In this document: piece by piece, positions 19,138 to 28,658 of the stretch | Position numbering within the stretch: the stretch's first letter is position 1 | Layout: each line of letters opens with the position of its first letter | Source: a virus | Taxonomy: Duplodnaviria > Heunggongvirae > Uroviricota > Caudoviricetes | Virus record (IMG/VR): IMGVR_UViG_2870464427_000004 | Span: 1-42,839 of that record | Reading direction: 5' to 3' (one strand) | DNA length: 42,839 nucleotides | Translations under genes and position numbers: made by a program | The notes under the pieces: model-generated | What the model saw: the letters and a program-made list of their open reading frames with translations, nothing else | Database searches by the model: none | Told to the model about the DNA's origin: nothing

Positions 19138-20455
19138 TCTCGATGTCCTCGTCGGTAATGGATGCCCCGATGCCGGTTACGTCAGAATTTTCGCGCAAAT
19201 CGGTCATAGCGGCTTTCAGTGTCATCAGACCATCACCCAGCGCTGTACTGATTGCGTTGGTGGTGTTTAACGCCACCGTTGAGCGATCGACATCAGACAT
19301 TTGCCAGAGCGGGTTAAACTCAAACGTGAAATCGTCCGGCAGCGGCTTGCCAAGTTCCGAGCGATGCATGATGTCCAGTATCCGCCGCACCGGAAGACGT
19401 AAACGCCTCTCCTGCAGCGAACTGATGCGGTCGTAATAGTTGGCAAGGTCTGCATCACCGGTAGAAAATCCTTTCGGGGACTGTCCGAACAACCGCACCA
19501 GTGGGATACCAACAGCGCCACTAATCTGTTCTGCAAACTGCGATAGGATGTCATCCAGACCACTGAAGCTGTACTGATGCGTTTCAAACTTATCCCGCGA
19601 GTCCATGAGCGTCATACCTTCATTGCTCTGGAACTGTCGAATCAGGTCGATATTCTTCAGCAACGCTTCATACGCAGGACCACCAAGTGCGATAAGCTCG
19701 CGTAGCTTCTCCACGCTGTAGGTGCGCAGATGCGCCTTGTAGACCAACTGCGCCGCACCGACAGTAGCGCTGTCGAACGCGGTAAGACGATCCCAGATAC
19801 GCTCTACAACCGACATTCCCCATTCGTTCTCGGTCATCTTCTGCTGAAATGGCAGCGTGACGCCATCAAAGCGAATCAGGCGACTGTGATGAATGCGCCA
19901 GGCTGGAATTCCCGTTGCTGTGGTCACCACATCGTAAAACTCAGGTTTACCCAGGTCCGGCCCCATATCTTTAATGCGGCGGGTCAGTACCGGGTCGATC
20001 ATCCAGCGGTCGAGCGGGAGAATACCCTTAAACTTGCCCTTACCGATGGTTTCGGGTCGCAGCGGGGTCATTGGTGCCTGCCCCTCAATCATGATGAAAC
20101 CCACCGCGCCGCCGTAGAGGCGCGACCATTTCAGCACGTCATTCAGCGCATCCCAGATTTGCAACTCATCCAGTTGTGATTCGAGAATGCCGCGATCTTT
20201 TGCATCAATTTCCGACGTGATGCGAATGCCTTTGCGGGTCATATCATCCGGGATAGCATCGACCGCTTCGCCGATAATCCAGGACGAACGATAGGACCAT
20301 TCCACCAGCATGCGGTTACGACTGGTGAAATTAGCCCGGTAGGTGGATGCTGAGTGCTGGTTAGGTGTCTGCATCCCTACGCGGGCAATAAAATTCTCAT
20401 AACCATCAGCTGTGGCCTGCGCAGTTCGCCGCAGGGCTTGTTTGTTTCGTGCCAT
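18989..20455 (-). CDS. Portal protein
   Basis: 488 aa, immediately downstream of large terminase with ATGA overlap. Confidence 0.75.
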   Translation of the reverse strand: MARNKQALRRTAQATADGYENFIARVGMQTPNQHSASTYRANFTSRNRMLVEWSYRSSWIIGEAVDAIPDDMTRKGIRITSEIDAKDRGILESQLDELQIWDALNDVLKWSRLYGGAVGFIMIEGQAPMTPLRPETIGKGKFKGILPLDRWMIDPVLTRRIKDMGPDLGKPEFYDVVTTATGIPAWRIHHSRLIRFDGVTLPFQQKMTENEWGMSVVERIWDRLTAFDSATVGAAQLVYKAHLRTYSVEKLRELIALGGPAYEALLKNIDLIRQFQSNEGMTLMDSRDKFETHQYSFSGLDDILSQFAEQISGAVGIPLVRLFGQSPKGFSTGDADLANYYDRISSLQERRLRLPVRRILDIMHRSELGKPLPDDFTFEFNPLWQMSDVDRSTVALNTTNAISTALGDGLMTLKAAMTDLRENSDVTGIGASITDEDIENAEDEAPPGIGEPDDEPQEPSGGNPLSNQPTQDSAGGRGHRKWSLRWFK

Positions 20456-22077
20456 CAGGCCTGTCTCCCTAGCAGCTCCCAGATGTTCAGGGCTGAATTC
20501 ATTGGGGCATAGTTGATCATCACCGAGTCGGCAAGGTTTGGCGATCGGGTTCCATCAGGCTGTTTATCAATAACGATTTTTCCCACACCATTAATGGAAT
20601 AGGTCGGCTGCGAAAGCTCGATGATGAGTTTATCTTTGAGTGCCATGCTACTGCTGATTGAGATGATTTCGTCCGGGTTGTAAGCCATACCTTCAACCAC
20701 GGCGCGCCAGGTATTCTGAAAAAGTTTACGTAACCGCCACCAGCTCTGGGCTTTGGCGTTAGCGAAGAAGTCCTTGTTCAGACGTGCGGCTTGCCCGTTG
20801 TCCCCGCGAACAGCTTCATCATCCGGATCAAATACCGCGCCGCTACCACGAAACGGTGTGGCGAGTATTGACGGTCGGCGCGCTGCGTAACGCAGTTCGT
20901 TGATGGCGCGCGCATCGCCGCGAACGCCAGCACCCAGGCCGTCCTCGTCGAAGCGAAACTCTTCGAGGTTGTCCTGTTCGCAAAAGCCGAAGACCTTCTC
21001 AACAGACTGGTAAATGTCGCTGCCAACGCCGGACCATTCACGCACGTTCTCCAGAAGGAAGCCGTGACGGGTCGAAAAGGCATTTTTGTCCCGGCCTTCG
21101 TCGGCGACGTCCATCGCGCCCAGTCGCTTGCCCGTTGGCTGAATACCAAGTTTGATATGCGCGTCGACGGCAGCCTGTACCCAGTCGGACGGGATCAGGA
21201 CGCCTTCCGCAGATGCGCTGTAGTTCAGGTCAAGTTCCTGCGCCACCACCACCGGATTGTCGATTTTCTCGCACTCCCTGCGATACCACTCTTCATCCTT
21301 GCGCGGGTCATCTCGCCAGTGGAACGTGAATACTGGTATTTTTCCGCCGTGGCGCTTCTGCGCGAACGGGTTCGCCATGCCATTAACCGAGCTCAGGTCA
21401 ATACGGCAACGGGTGGTTTGCGACAGCGCCGCATCAATCAACAGAGGACGCTGGAGGAATGCAGCTTCATCCACCAGGTAGAGCGTGGTACGGTCACCAC
21501 GTCCGATATTGTCGCCAGCCTCTCCTTTGATAACCGCGCCAGTATCTGGAAACTCAACGCGCATATACGGCGCATGCTTCTTCTCGTCCCACGAACCACG
21601 AAACTCGATGGGCAGTGTTTCCACGAACTTTCGCGCCTTCCAGAACAGCGCCTTCGGGTCACCGGTGCTGTCGACGTATTCCTCTTTACGGGAGCCGAAA
21701 CCGATAACCATTTCTTTGTTGAAGAGACAAAGCGAGCAGGCCAGCCCGATCGCGGTCCAACTGAGCCCCATTTCGCGGCTCTTTTCGGTGATGCCGTTCT
21801 CCAGTCGTTCGCGCCGCTCCATGATCCAGTGAATCCACTCTTCCTGTTTCGGGAACAGCAGAAAAGGGATGGTGACCGGCAGGCCATAATCGATGTTACG
21901 CGGGTCAGTAGTCATACCCCAGTCGATGATGAACTGTGCCGGGTTGGTGCGATAAAACTGTTTTAGTGCAGGCAATATTTCAGGGTTCTGGCGAATGCGC
22001 TGTAAGCGTTCCATCCGCCATTCAAAAACCATCTGGTAATCAGGATGTTTAAAATCGAAGTGAAATGGTAACGGCAT
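20455..22077 (-). CDS. Terminase large subunit
   Basis: 540 aa, downstream of small terminase; acidic motifs consistent with ATPase/nuclease. Confidence 0.8.
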   Translation of the reverse strand: MPLPFHFDFKHPDYQMVFEWRMERLQRIRQNPEILPALKQFYRTNPAQFIIDWGMTTDPRNIDYGLPVTIPFLLFPKQEEWIHWIMERRERLENGITEKSREMGLSWTAIGLACSLCLFNKEMVIGFGSRKEEYVDSTGDPKALFWKARKFVETLPIEFRGSWDEKKHAPYMRVEFPDTGAVIKGEAGDNIGRGDRTTLYLVDEAAFLQRPLLIDAALSQTTRCRIDLSSVNGMANPFAQKRHGGKIPVFTFHWRDDPRKDEEWYRRECEKIDNPVVVAQELDLNYSASAEGVLIPSDWVQAAVDAHIKLGIQPTGKRLGAMDVADEGRDKNAFSTRHGFLLENVREWSGVGSDIYQSVEKVFGFCEQDNLEEFRFDEDGLGAGVRGDARAINELRYAARRPSILATPFRGSGAVFDPDDEAVRGDNGQAARLNKDFFANAKAQSWWRLRKLFQNTWRAVVEGMAYNPDEIISISSSMALKDKLIIELSQPTYSINGVGKIVIDKQPDGTRSPNLADSVMINYAPMNSALNIWELLGRQA

Positions 22078-22079
22078 AC

Positions 22080-22631
22080 TTAGCCCATCATTTTTTTATA
22101 CGCTTCTGCAGCCTGCTCCGGCGTTAAGTTGGTAATTTCTGTTCTGACTGGTCCTCCGTCAGCACCAGTCACTTCATTTTTGACGTTGTCTTTAAACGCC
22201 TGAACAGAAATATGGCGCCCAAGCAACTCAAGGTTTTTAACCTTATCAGGCCATTTGATTTTCTTCAGAAGTGCGGCGCTATCTGCGGATACCATCTCCA
22301 CGACATCCATTCCTGATAGCGTTGTGCGCCATACCTTAGGCCAGTCTTTAATGGGTTTTAGCTCACCGTTTTGCAGGAGAATGTCAAGCACATCCATCTG
22401 GTCGATTTCAATAAGGCGATTAAGTACATATTCTGCATTAATACCAACAAGATCATTGCGTTGCGCTTTCAGTTCGGCGATTCTTAACTTGATGTCAGGT
22501 TTTGACAGGTTTTCGGATGCGGTACGGTTAGCTGTCTTAGCGCTGTACCCCGCCCGAATAGCCGCTTGCGTGGCGTTTAAATCGATGAGGTACTCGCGAC
22601 AGAACATCTCTTGTTTGTCGGTGAGCGCCAT
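22080..22631 (-). CDS. Terminase small subunit
   Basis: 183 aa; N-terminal [13 protein letters not shown]...[12 protein letters not shown] motif typical of small terminase family. Confidence 0.8.
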   Translation of the reverse strand: MALTDKQEMFCREYLIDLNATQAAIRAGYSAKTANRTASENLSKPDIKLRIAELKAQRNDLVGINAEYVLNRLIEIDQMDVLDILLQNGELKPIKDWPKVWRTTLSGMDVVEMVSADSAALLKKIKWPDKVKNLELLGRHISVQAFKDNVKNEVTGADGGPVRTEITNLTPEQAAEAYKKMMG

Positions 22632-22647
22632 TTAGTTACCTCGGGGA

Positions 22648-23109
22648 ATGATAATGAATTTATTAGATTTTTGTGTTGAAAAATATGAATCTGGAGAGCG
22701 GTCCTTCAGAAATGGAGTAGAACCAAACAAAGATAAAGTTGCTGAAATGCTGAACTTTGTGTTTACAACTCTTAAGAATGGCATTCAGGATGATGTAAGC
22801 AATTATCCCTCCATCAAAGCCCTGTTGAATCTCGAGTTGACCCCAAATGGCGGATTTAACATGAACTATCTCCCAGATCTTATCGCGCTTGTATTTGACG
22901 TTGTAACCGACCGGAATCGTAACCCGGAACTTTGGTTTCAAAAGATAGGCGGCATTTCTGATGAAATATCATTCACAATCTCTATACTTCTGTACGGTCC
23001 TATTGGGCATGTAACCCATTCAGGTAAAGGGGCCGCATATGGGAAAAATTATGAATCAGTTAGGTCTAATCTCATAGATGATTTGGATGCAAATATTTTC
23101 CACGGATAG
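22648..23109 (+). CDS. Hypothetical protein, opposite-strand accessory gene between terminase and lysis modules
   Basis: 153 aa ORF, AT-rich by eye, opposite strand to the whole late operon. Confidence 0.6.
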   Translation: MIMNLLDFCVEKYESGERSFRNGVEPNKDKVAEMLNFVFTTLKNGIQDDVSNYPSIKALLNLELTPNGGFNMNYLPDLIALVFDVVTDRNRNPELWFQKIGGISDEISFTISILLYGPIGHVTHSGKGAAYGKNYESVRSNLIDDLDANIFHG

Positions 23110-23246
23110 GATTTTGAGTTCTGATTTAACGGAGAGAGCAATCTGGCCCGGGGCACCGATTCGATGGCCTCCCAGTCCGGTTTTGCCATGAATTTTTCCT
23201 CTTAGTGACATTATCGAAGCTCCTTATCAAAGGAGCTTCTGTAATG

Positions 23247-23459
23247 TCAGTCCCGAACAAACGTAACCTTCGTGTTTGTCGCTCGCCTTACAAGGCGCGC
23301 CGCTTCGCGTTGCATTTCATCGATAACTTTTGGCGTCATCGGCTGATGCGCATATTTACGTTCAATCTCTGCAAAAATCCCGTTCATCGTTTCGCTGTCT
23401 GGTGGGATAACTTCAACGTTTAATCGTGCCATTAGTTTGTGCTGCCCTGTTTTTCTCAA
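23247..23459 (-). CDS. Small hypothetical protein downstream of spanins
   Basis: 70 aa ORF, basic, last gene of lysis cluster. Confidence 0.4.
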   Translation of the reverse strand: MRKTGQHKLMARLNVEVIPPDSETMNGIFAEIERKYAHQPMTPKVIDEMQREAARLVRRATNTKVTFVRD

Positions 23460-23691
23460 AAGTCCTGATATCAGCCTTATCCCTGTTGCACTGTGCTAAC
23501 GCTGACAACAACGCAACATTCAGGTTAAGGCTGGCTCCCCACGTAAACGGGTCGGGTAAATCTGGCTGGGGTGTTTCATCCGTCAGACTGGCTGGTAACG
23601 GAACGACCGGCACCGACACGTATACCGTTCGCGTATTCGTGCAACCGCTTAACTGCGCCAGAAGGAACGATACGAACAGCGCAATCATCAT
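23413..23691 (-). CDS. o-spanin (Rz1-like outer-membrane lipoprotein), overlapping Rz
   Basis: Internal start MMIALFVSFLLAQLSGC (lipobox) followed by Pro-rich region; overlaps i-spanin gene in another frame. Confidence 0.6.
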   Translation of the reverse strand: MMIALFVSFLLAQLSGCTNTRTVYVSVPVVPLPASLTDETPQPDLPDPFTWGASLNLNVALLSALAQCNRDKADIRTFEKNRAAQTNGTIKR

Positions 23692-23968
23692 CCGCAACAG
23701 CCACTTTGATATCTTCCTGGGTTCTCTGTGACTCCAGTGCGATCTGCTGTTTTGCATGCTGGTTAGCCTCTATAACTGTATTGATGATTTGCAGTGATTG
23801 CAGGACGTTACTGGTAATAGCTGTTGCAGATTCAGCATTTCGTACAGCCTCATCAGCACGCTCCTTTTCGTGTTGATATTTGCTGTAGTAATGCCCGGCA
23901 GACCAGATAAAAGAACCGATGACGGTAACAAAGAAGGCAACAATAACCAGCTTATATCTCAGCTTCAT
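23576..23968 (-). CDS. i-spanin (Rz-like)
   Basis: 130 aa, N-terminal TM helix plus coiled-coil; follows endolysin. Confidence 0.65.
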   Translation of the reverse strand: MKLRYKLVIVAFFVTVIGSFIWSAGHYYSKYQHEKERADEAVRNAESATAITSNVLQSLQIINTVIEANQHAKQQIALESQRTQEDIKVAVADDDCAVRIVPSGAVKRLHEYANGIRVGAGRSVTSQSDG

Positions 23969-24428
23969 TTACCACCCCACCAGCTTCTTTAAATCGGGAA
24001 ATCAGGTCACCGATTCTATGTTCATACTGACCGTAACCTGCACCAGGTAACGACGCCCAGATATTGCTACAACGGTTGATTGCCTGACGAATATCGCCGC
24101 GGTCAATCATCGGTAAAGCGCCACGCTCTTTAATCTGCTGCAGCGCCACAGCGTCCTGACTTTCTGGCGAAAAATCTTTCAGGCCAAGCTGCTTACGGTA
24201 GGCATCCCACCAGCGTGAAAGAAGCTGATACCGTCCTGCGGCTGTTGATTTAAGCTTCGGGTTTAGCGTGACAAGTTTGCGAGGGTGATCGGAGTAATCA
24301 GTGAACAACTCACCTCCGACGATAACGTCATAACCGTGATTACGTGTCGGTTGTCGCCCGTTATCCGTTCCTTCTGACCATGCCACCATATCCAGGAAAG
24401 CTTTACGTTGGGAATTTAGTGTCTGCAT
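23952..24428 (-). CDS. R: Endolysin, lambda R-like lytic transglycosylase
   Basis: 158 aa; near-identity to the lambda R sequence pattern NSQRKAFLDMVAWSEGTDNGRQ...DVIVGGELFTDYSDHPR. Confidence 0.9.
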   Translation of the reverse strand: MQTLNSQRKAFLDMVAWSEGTDNGRQPTRNHGYDVIVGGELFTDYSDHPRKLVTLNPKLKSTAAGRYQLLSRWWDAYRKQLGLKDFSPESQDAVALQQIKERGALPMIDRGDIRQAINRCSNIWASLPGAGYGQYEHRIGDLISRFKEAGGVVNEAEI

Positions 24429-24431
24429 GAA

Positions 24432-24791
24432 TTACTCCTTAGAGCCACCAAACTTGTTACCGATTACTCGCATTGCAGCCCCACGAATAGCATCGACACC
24501 GATCAGCCCAACACCACCACCAATGGCAACAGAAAGTGATTTAGGCCATCCGACATACTCAAGCGCGGATGCAAAGGTCAGCGTCAGAGCACCACAGAGC
24601 AAAATCTCAAGCGTTTTTCGTTTCCAGCCGCCGCCACCGCCAAAATAGGCAATGCGCAAGCCAGCCATAACAATTGACATAACCACTGCGCCCAACGGCG
24701 TATCTCCACGCCACCAACTTTGTAAGAGTTCCAGTAAGTCAGGCCAGGAATGAGGAGCATTGTGCATTTTCATACTTCCCACCTCCGCCAT
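24432..24791 (-). CDS. Holin (dual-start motif)
   Basis: 119 aa, hydrophobic helices, N-terminus MAEVGSMKMH with several in-frame Mets; immediately upstream of endolysin. Confidence 0.65.
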   Translation of the reverse strand: MAEVGSMKMHNAPHSWPDLLELLQSWWRGDTPLGAVVMSIVMAGLRIAYFGGGGGWKRKTLEILLCGALTLTFASALEYVGWPKSLSVAIGGGVGLIGVDAIRGAAMRVIGNKFGGSKE

Positions 24792-24872
24792 TACGGGGTG
24801 TTGTTGAAAGGCGGGCCCTGCGTATACGCCCGTAGGATTGGGTTATGAGCCGTCCTTCGGTGGGCCCTGAAT

Positions 24873-24898
24873 ACAAAAAAAGTTCGCCATAGCGAACC
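24873..24898 (-). terminator. Rho-independent terminator upstream of holin (tR'-like)
   Basis: Minus strand gttcgc-tatg-gcgaac stem followed by TTTTTTT. Confidence 0.55.
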
Positions 24899-25125
24899 TT
24901 GTTAAATTTGTTAAAAAAGGAAGTTATTTAACATAATGTACGTTATAGGAACCACACGATCACCGCTCGCAATAGATTTGCGATGAAAGGCCTATTTAAT
25001 CAACTTAAGTGGTCCAGAATGGCGAAATTCGAGTGAATAAAAGGTGCATAAAAAAGGGCAAAAACTGCATAGCGTTTTTTCACGACGAAAACCCTGTTTT
25101 ATTAACTTTTCCCCAGAATGGGGTA

Positions 25126-25154
25126 AGAAAAAAGGCTCCGGGGTTAGCGGAGCC
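25126..25154 (-). terminator. Rho-independent terminator 30 nt downstream of Q-like gene
   Basis: Minus strand ggctccg-ctaaccc-cggagcc followed by TTTTTTCTT. Confidence 0.55.
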
Positions 25155-25183
25155 TTTCAGGGCGTAGAATACAATTCTAGATG

Positions 25184-25606
25184 CTACAACCATAGCACAT
25201 GTTTTTGTGCGCACACAACCTTTTCAGGTAAAGCAACTTCAGGGTCCATATCCAGTCGAATTCCCTGGAGCACCAGCGCTCCCTCAAGAAATGCCTCTGA
25301 CGCTCTAAGCGATGTTCTGACGCTAAGGTGGCTACGATTCACAGATTCAGCGATTGAGCGCGTAGAAAAGCCGCCGATGAAACGTAGGCCAAGAACCAGC
25401 AAGTCGTCATGCGGACACACCATGCTCATGTGGACGATGCAGGTGTCAATTGCGGCTCCGTCCTCGTCGGAGCAACCGGGTTTGCCACTGGCGGTTACGC
25501 GTTGAGGAATCACCGACATCGAAGGCCAGTCAACCATTGAACAGTATTCCTCGCTCGCGGCCCATCGCCCCCACCGCTCCAGAACAAGTTGCATATCTCT
25601 GCGCAT
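25184..25606 (-). CDS. Late-gene antiterminator (Q-like)
   Basis: 140 aa; N-terminus MRRDMQLVLERWGRWAA resembles Q-family antiterminators; position between replication and lysis genes. Confidence 0.55.
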   Translation of the reverse strand: MRRDMQLVLERWGRWAASEEYCSMVDWPSMSVIPQRVTASGKPGCSDEDGAAIDTCIVHMSMVCPHDDLLVLGLRFIGGFSTRSIAESVNRSHLSVRTSLRASEAFLEGALVLQGIRLDMDPEVALPEKVVCAQKHVLWL

Positions 25607-25654
25607 AGTTATCTGCTCTCTACGTTTTGTTACGGAAAAACTTTTCTAAGATTA

Positions 25655-26074
25655 TCACCCAACAGGGAAGAAGAACTCGTTTACCGCAAGGTCTAACGAC
25701 ATCTCTAACCCATCAGGCAGTTTGCGAGATGCTATTTTCTCCGGGGAGGTGTGTGTCGCGCCCTTTGGAATATCTTCCAGCTCAACAACGTTGCCGTGGG
25801 AAACCTCCAATTGACCCAGATCGCTATCCAGAGCAAGCGGACGTACCGCAGAAACCGGTGAGAAACCCTCCAGTTGCTCAAGAACAACAGCCCAGGCAAT
25901 CACCCTGCGAAACCAAAAAACCTCACCTGCAGGAGTCTGGTCCCTGTCAATAATGGGCTCTACGACCCAAAACCTTCGGGTTGTCTCGGCTTCCACTGAA
26001 CGTATGGCCGTGGATGCTTCTCCCGGTTCCGCTGTTTCATTTTCTATCATTTTTGAAACTTGTATTTTTTGCAC
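25655..26074 (-). CDS. Hypothetical protein
   Basis: 139 aa ORF between iteron region and Q-like gene. Confidence 0.4.
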   Translation of the reverse strand: MQKIQVSKMIENETAEPGEASTAIRSVEAETTRRFWVVEPIIDRDQTPAGEVFWFRRVIAWAVVLEQLEGFSPVSAVRPLALDSDLGQLEVSHGNVVELEDIPKGATHTSPEKIASRKLPDGLEMSLDLAVNEFFFPVG

Positions 26075-26125
26075 GTTTGTTTACTCCACTTAGCTATTTG
26101 CAGTTTTCTGCAAGTTTATTGTTGA

Positions 26126-26386
26126 AGTAACAGTAAGGTAACAGATAAATAGCTAACTGTTACCTCCTGTAGGGAGCGCCACATAAGGCTTAACCCCGTT
26201 TTGGGTAACAGGTAACAGTTACTTTTAGTTCTATATACGTATGCGCAGGTATAGTACGTATAATATAAAGTCTCGCGTATATAAACTAAATACTACTGTT
26301 ACCTGTTACCTTTTTTAGTTATCCATGTGAATTTATTGATATTTTCAAGGTAACAGTTAGTCGTTTTACTGTTACCTTACTGTTAC
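26126..26386. repeat. Iteron array: 10 copies of GGTAACAG (5 direct, 5 inverted) flanking an AT-rich core; putative replication origin
   Basis: Direct copies at 26126, 26136, 26203, 26210, 26348; CTGTTACC copies at 26156, 26295, 26302, 26368, 26379; AT-rich stretch 26221..26290 between inner blocks. Confidence 0.75.
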
Positions 26387-26390
26387 CTTT

Positions 26391-28655
26391 TTACAATCCA
26401 GATTGCAAAATTTCGCAAGTTTTATATATTTCGCGCAATTCCTCATTATTGAAGTCGCAATTTTTTGCAAGTATCCAGAAGCGATAACCCATTCCGTCAA
26501 TTTTTACTAAATCTGTTGGCTGCCTTTTTGTTTTTTCTCGCAATAGCTTTGTTATGTGCTTCTGGTTAATTTCTACATCCATTCCTGCTTCTGCCAGTAT
26601 TGCGTTAACAATTTGTTGATAAGTCATTGCTGGTACAGGCGGATTATCCAGGATTTCAGTAAGAGCAGCCTCCACATCGCTCTTATTGCTTTCAATCATC
26701 AGAAGGCGTTCTTTCGTCTCGGGGGCGCGCTGCCAGTTAAAGCGAGACAGGTCAACGCCCATCAGATACCAGTACACCTGGGCGATAAAGTCGCTGTCGC
26801 TTAGCGCACCGTACAGGCTGGCGTAATGCTCTTCAGTTGCGGCGAAGTCAGGGCCCCCCAGCACAGCGATACGTCGGTCTTCCTCTGGCAGCGCCAGCGC
26901 ATCAAAGTGGTTGGTGTAGAACAGAAAGCCGGTGTATATATCCATCGTTTTTTTGCTGCCATATTTGCGGTTCACTTCAAACCGTGGTTCTGTCAGCACA
27001 TCGCGGATCTTATCGTTCACCTCATACCGCTTATCGTTTTCGCGCACCTCGTCAATGGTGCATAGAAGCGTATTGTACAGATAGTCATGGAACTGGTTAT
27101 CGCACAGGATCTTCATGCGAGTACGAGCACAGTTCCACGGGCCAAGCACGCGCTCCATTAACTGGCTGACCCATCCTCTGCCCGTACCGTGTGCGGTAGC
27201 CACATGCAGAATAGAAATCGGGCATCGACGCTCCGGACGCTGAACCATCCACCCCAGACGGGCGATGAAAAACTCGCGCTGCCATACATCAGGTACCAGA
27301 TACGCCATATGATTAAGGAACGTGGACACCTTACTTGTATCCGCTGTACGTGGATGCTCAGGCATATAAAATTCGTTTATCTCAAACCGCCCGTCGAAAC
27401 GCTCGATAATACGTCCCGCACCGGGCTTATAGCCTGTCGTCTCAGCAATCTTCTTATGCCGATGCTCTATCCACCGTTTGGTTGCGGGAGTTGGTTGCCC
27501 TTTCCCTTCTGGCGGGAACTGGTAAGGCGCCATCAGGTTTTTGAACGACTTCATATCCATCATGCACTGATATGGCGGTCGGCTAAGATCACATACCTGG
27601 TCACCCTCGATGACGTAGATAAAGCGTTCCAGAAAATGAGCTGTCATATCTGTATTAATATCGGTAAATTCAGGCTTATCGCCATCTTCAGCCACCGTGA
27701 GATCTTCGAACAGGGATTGCGTATAGCCGTAGCCTTCCAGCCAGTCGGCATCAGTAAGCCCCGCATCGGTGTTGTGCATGCTTTTAAAATGTCCCTGTTC
27801 AAATCCCCCCGTCCCTTTTGGGAAATACTTAATGGATGTTTCGCTGCAACCGTTGCTGTATTCTGACTCATCCCGAAACGGTTTCAGATTGCGGGAACCA
27901 TCAGAGCTGACTGACAGAGTCCACCCGTTCGCGTCAAGCCAGTCGGCGACATCATCTGTCGCGGAAGGATCAACACAGGAAAGATCACGCTGACGTCCTG
28001 CACCTGCGGTATAGCTGTCTTTCACGGGTAAGTTATCCGCCAGACGCTGCCACAGGCTTTCGAGCTGTTCAGATGTAATTTTCAGAGGTTCGCCGGGCAA
28101 ACCGCAGTCCCACTGAATACGTTCGCCTGCCGGATGGGTACCACAAGCCACAAACTGCTGGCCCTTAGCGAGCAGCTCTATTTGTTTGTTTTCGCCTTCC
28201 AGGCGGTGACCACGTTTACGGTAGTCGCCATCAACAGCAATCAGGTACAGGCATTTATGACTGTCAGCCCGCCAGCGACGTGGCGGAAGTTCCCCCAGGC
28301 ATGACAGGATAATATTGCGTACGATCTCCTGCATCCCGGCGTCATTGATATCGCAGTCCAGAGCCACCACCCCGTCGCCAGTACGAACGCAAATACCGTA
28401 ATCGGGTTCGTTCGACCACCGGGCAAAATCGTTTTCCGTAACAACATAGTTAGCCCAGTCGGGGATACCAACAACCTTACGTTGGCCATTGTAGCGACTG
28501 GGTGTTTTGCCGAAATTATGAGACAGCTTGCTATTAGGCGACAATTCTGCACAGGGATTGGACACCACAGGTAAAAGCCTGTCTGTCATCCCCAACACCA
28601 GATCGAAGTGGAACCACTCATCAGGCGTAGCTCCCCATGGTTTGTTATCAGACAT
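26391..28655 (-). CDS. Replication protein: N-terminal archaeo-eukaryotic-type primase-polymerase domain with P4 alpha/D5-like C-terminal region
   Basis: 754 aa; VVALDCDINDAG (DxD primase motif) near N-terminus; follows cro-like gene; iterons immediately 3'. Confidence 0.75.
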   Translation of the reverse strand: MSDNKPWGATPDEWFHFDLVLGMTDRLLPVVSNPCAELSPNSKLSHNFGKTPSRYNGQRKVVGIPDWANYVVTENDFARWSNEPDYGICVRTGDGVVALDCDINDAGMQEIVRNIILSCLGELPPRRWRADSHKCLYLIAVDGDYRKRGHRLEGENKQIELLAKGQQFVACGTHPAGERIQWDCGLPGEPLKITSEQLESLWQRLADNLPVKDSYTAGAGRQRDLSCVDPSATDDVADWLDANGWTLSVSSDGSRNLKPFRDESEYSNGCSETSIKYFPKGTGGFEQGHFKSMHNTDAGLTDADWLEGYGYTQSLFEDLTVAEDGDKPEFTDINTDMTAHFLERFIYVIEGDQVCDLSRPPYQCMMDMKSFKNLMAPYQFPPEGKGQPTPATKRWIEHRHKKIAETTGYKPGAGRIIERFDGRFEINEFYMPEHPRTADTSKVSTFLNHMAYLVPDVWQREFFIARLGWMVQRPERRCPISILHVATAHGTGRGWVSQLMERVLGPWNCARTRMKILCDNQFHDYLYNTLLCTIDEVRENDKRYEVNDKIRDVLTEPRFEVNRKYGSKKTMDIYTGFLFYTNHFDALALPEEDRRIAVLGGPDFAATEEHYASLYGALSDSDFIAQVYWYLMGVDLSRFNWQRAPETKERLLMIESNKSDVEAALTEILDNPPVPAMTYQQIVNAILAEAGMDVEINQKHITKLLREKTKRQPTDLVKIDGMGYRFWILAKNCDFNNEELREIYKTCEILQSGL

Positions 28656-28658
28656 GGG

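Noticed and set aside
21064-21966. 300-aa plus-strand ORF
   Set aside because: Lies entirely inside the large terminase gene on the opposite strand; Arg-rich shadow ORF typical of GC-rich coding antisense.
25044-25505. 153-aa plus-strand ORF spanning the late regulatory region and the Q-like gene
   Set aside because: Antisense shadow ORF overlapping a well-supported minus-strand gene and two terminators; Ser/Arg-rich translation typical of spurious frames.
26318-26326. DnaA box (TTATCCATG) in the AT-rich origin-like region
   Set aside because: Two mismatches to the TTATNCACA consensus at the critical 3' positions; too weak to call from sequence alone.
26126-26386. Short repeats that might suggest a CRISPR array
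   Set aside because: Repeats are only 8 bp, occur in both orientations and lack regular spacers; no cas genes. They fit an iteron/origin architecture instead.
26556-27866. Several plus-strand ORFs (82 to 225 aa)
   Set aside because: All are embedded antisense within the 754-aa primase-polymerase gene; no independent signals.
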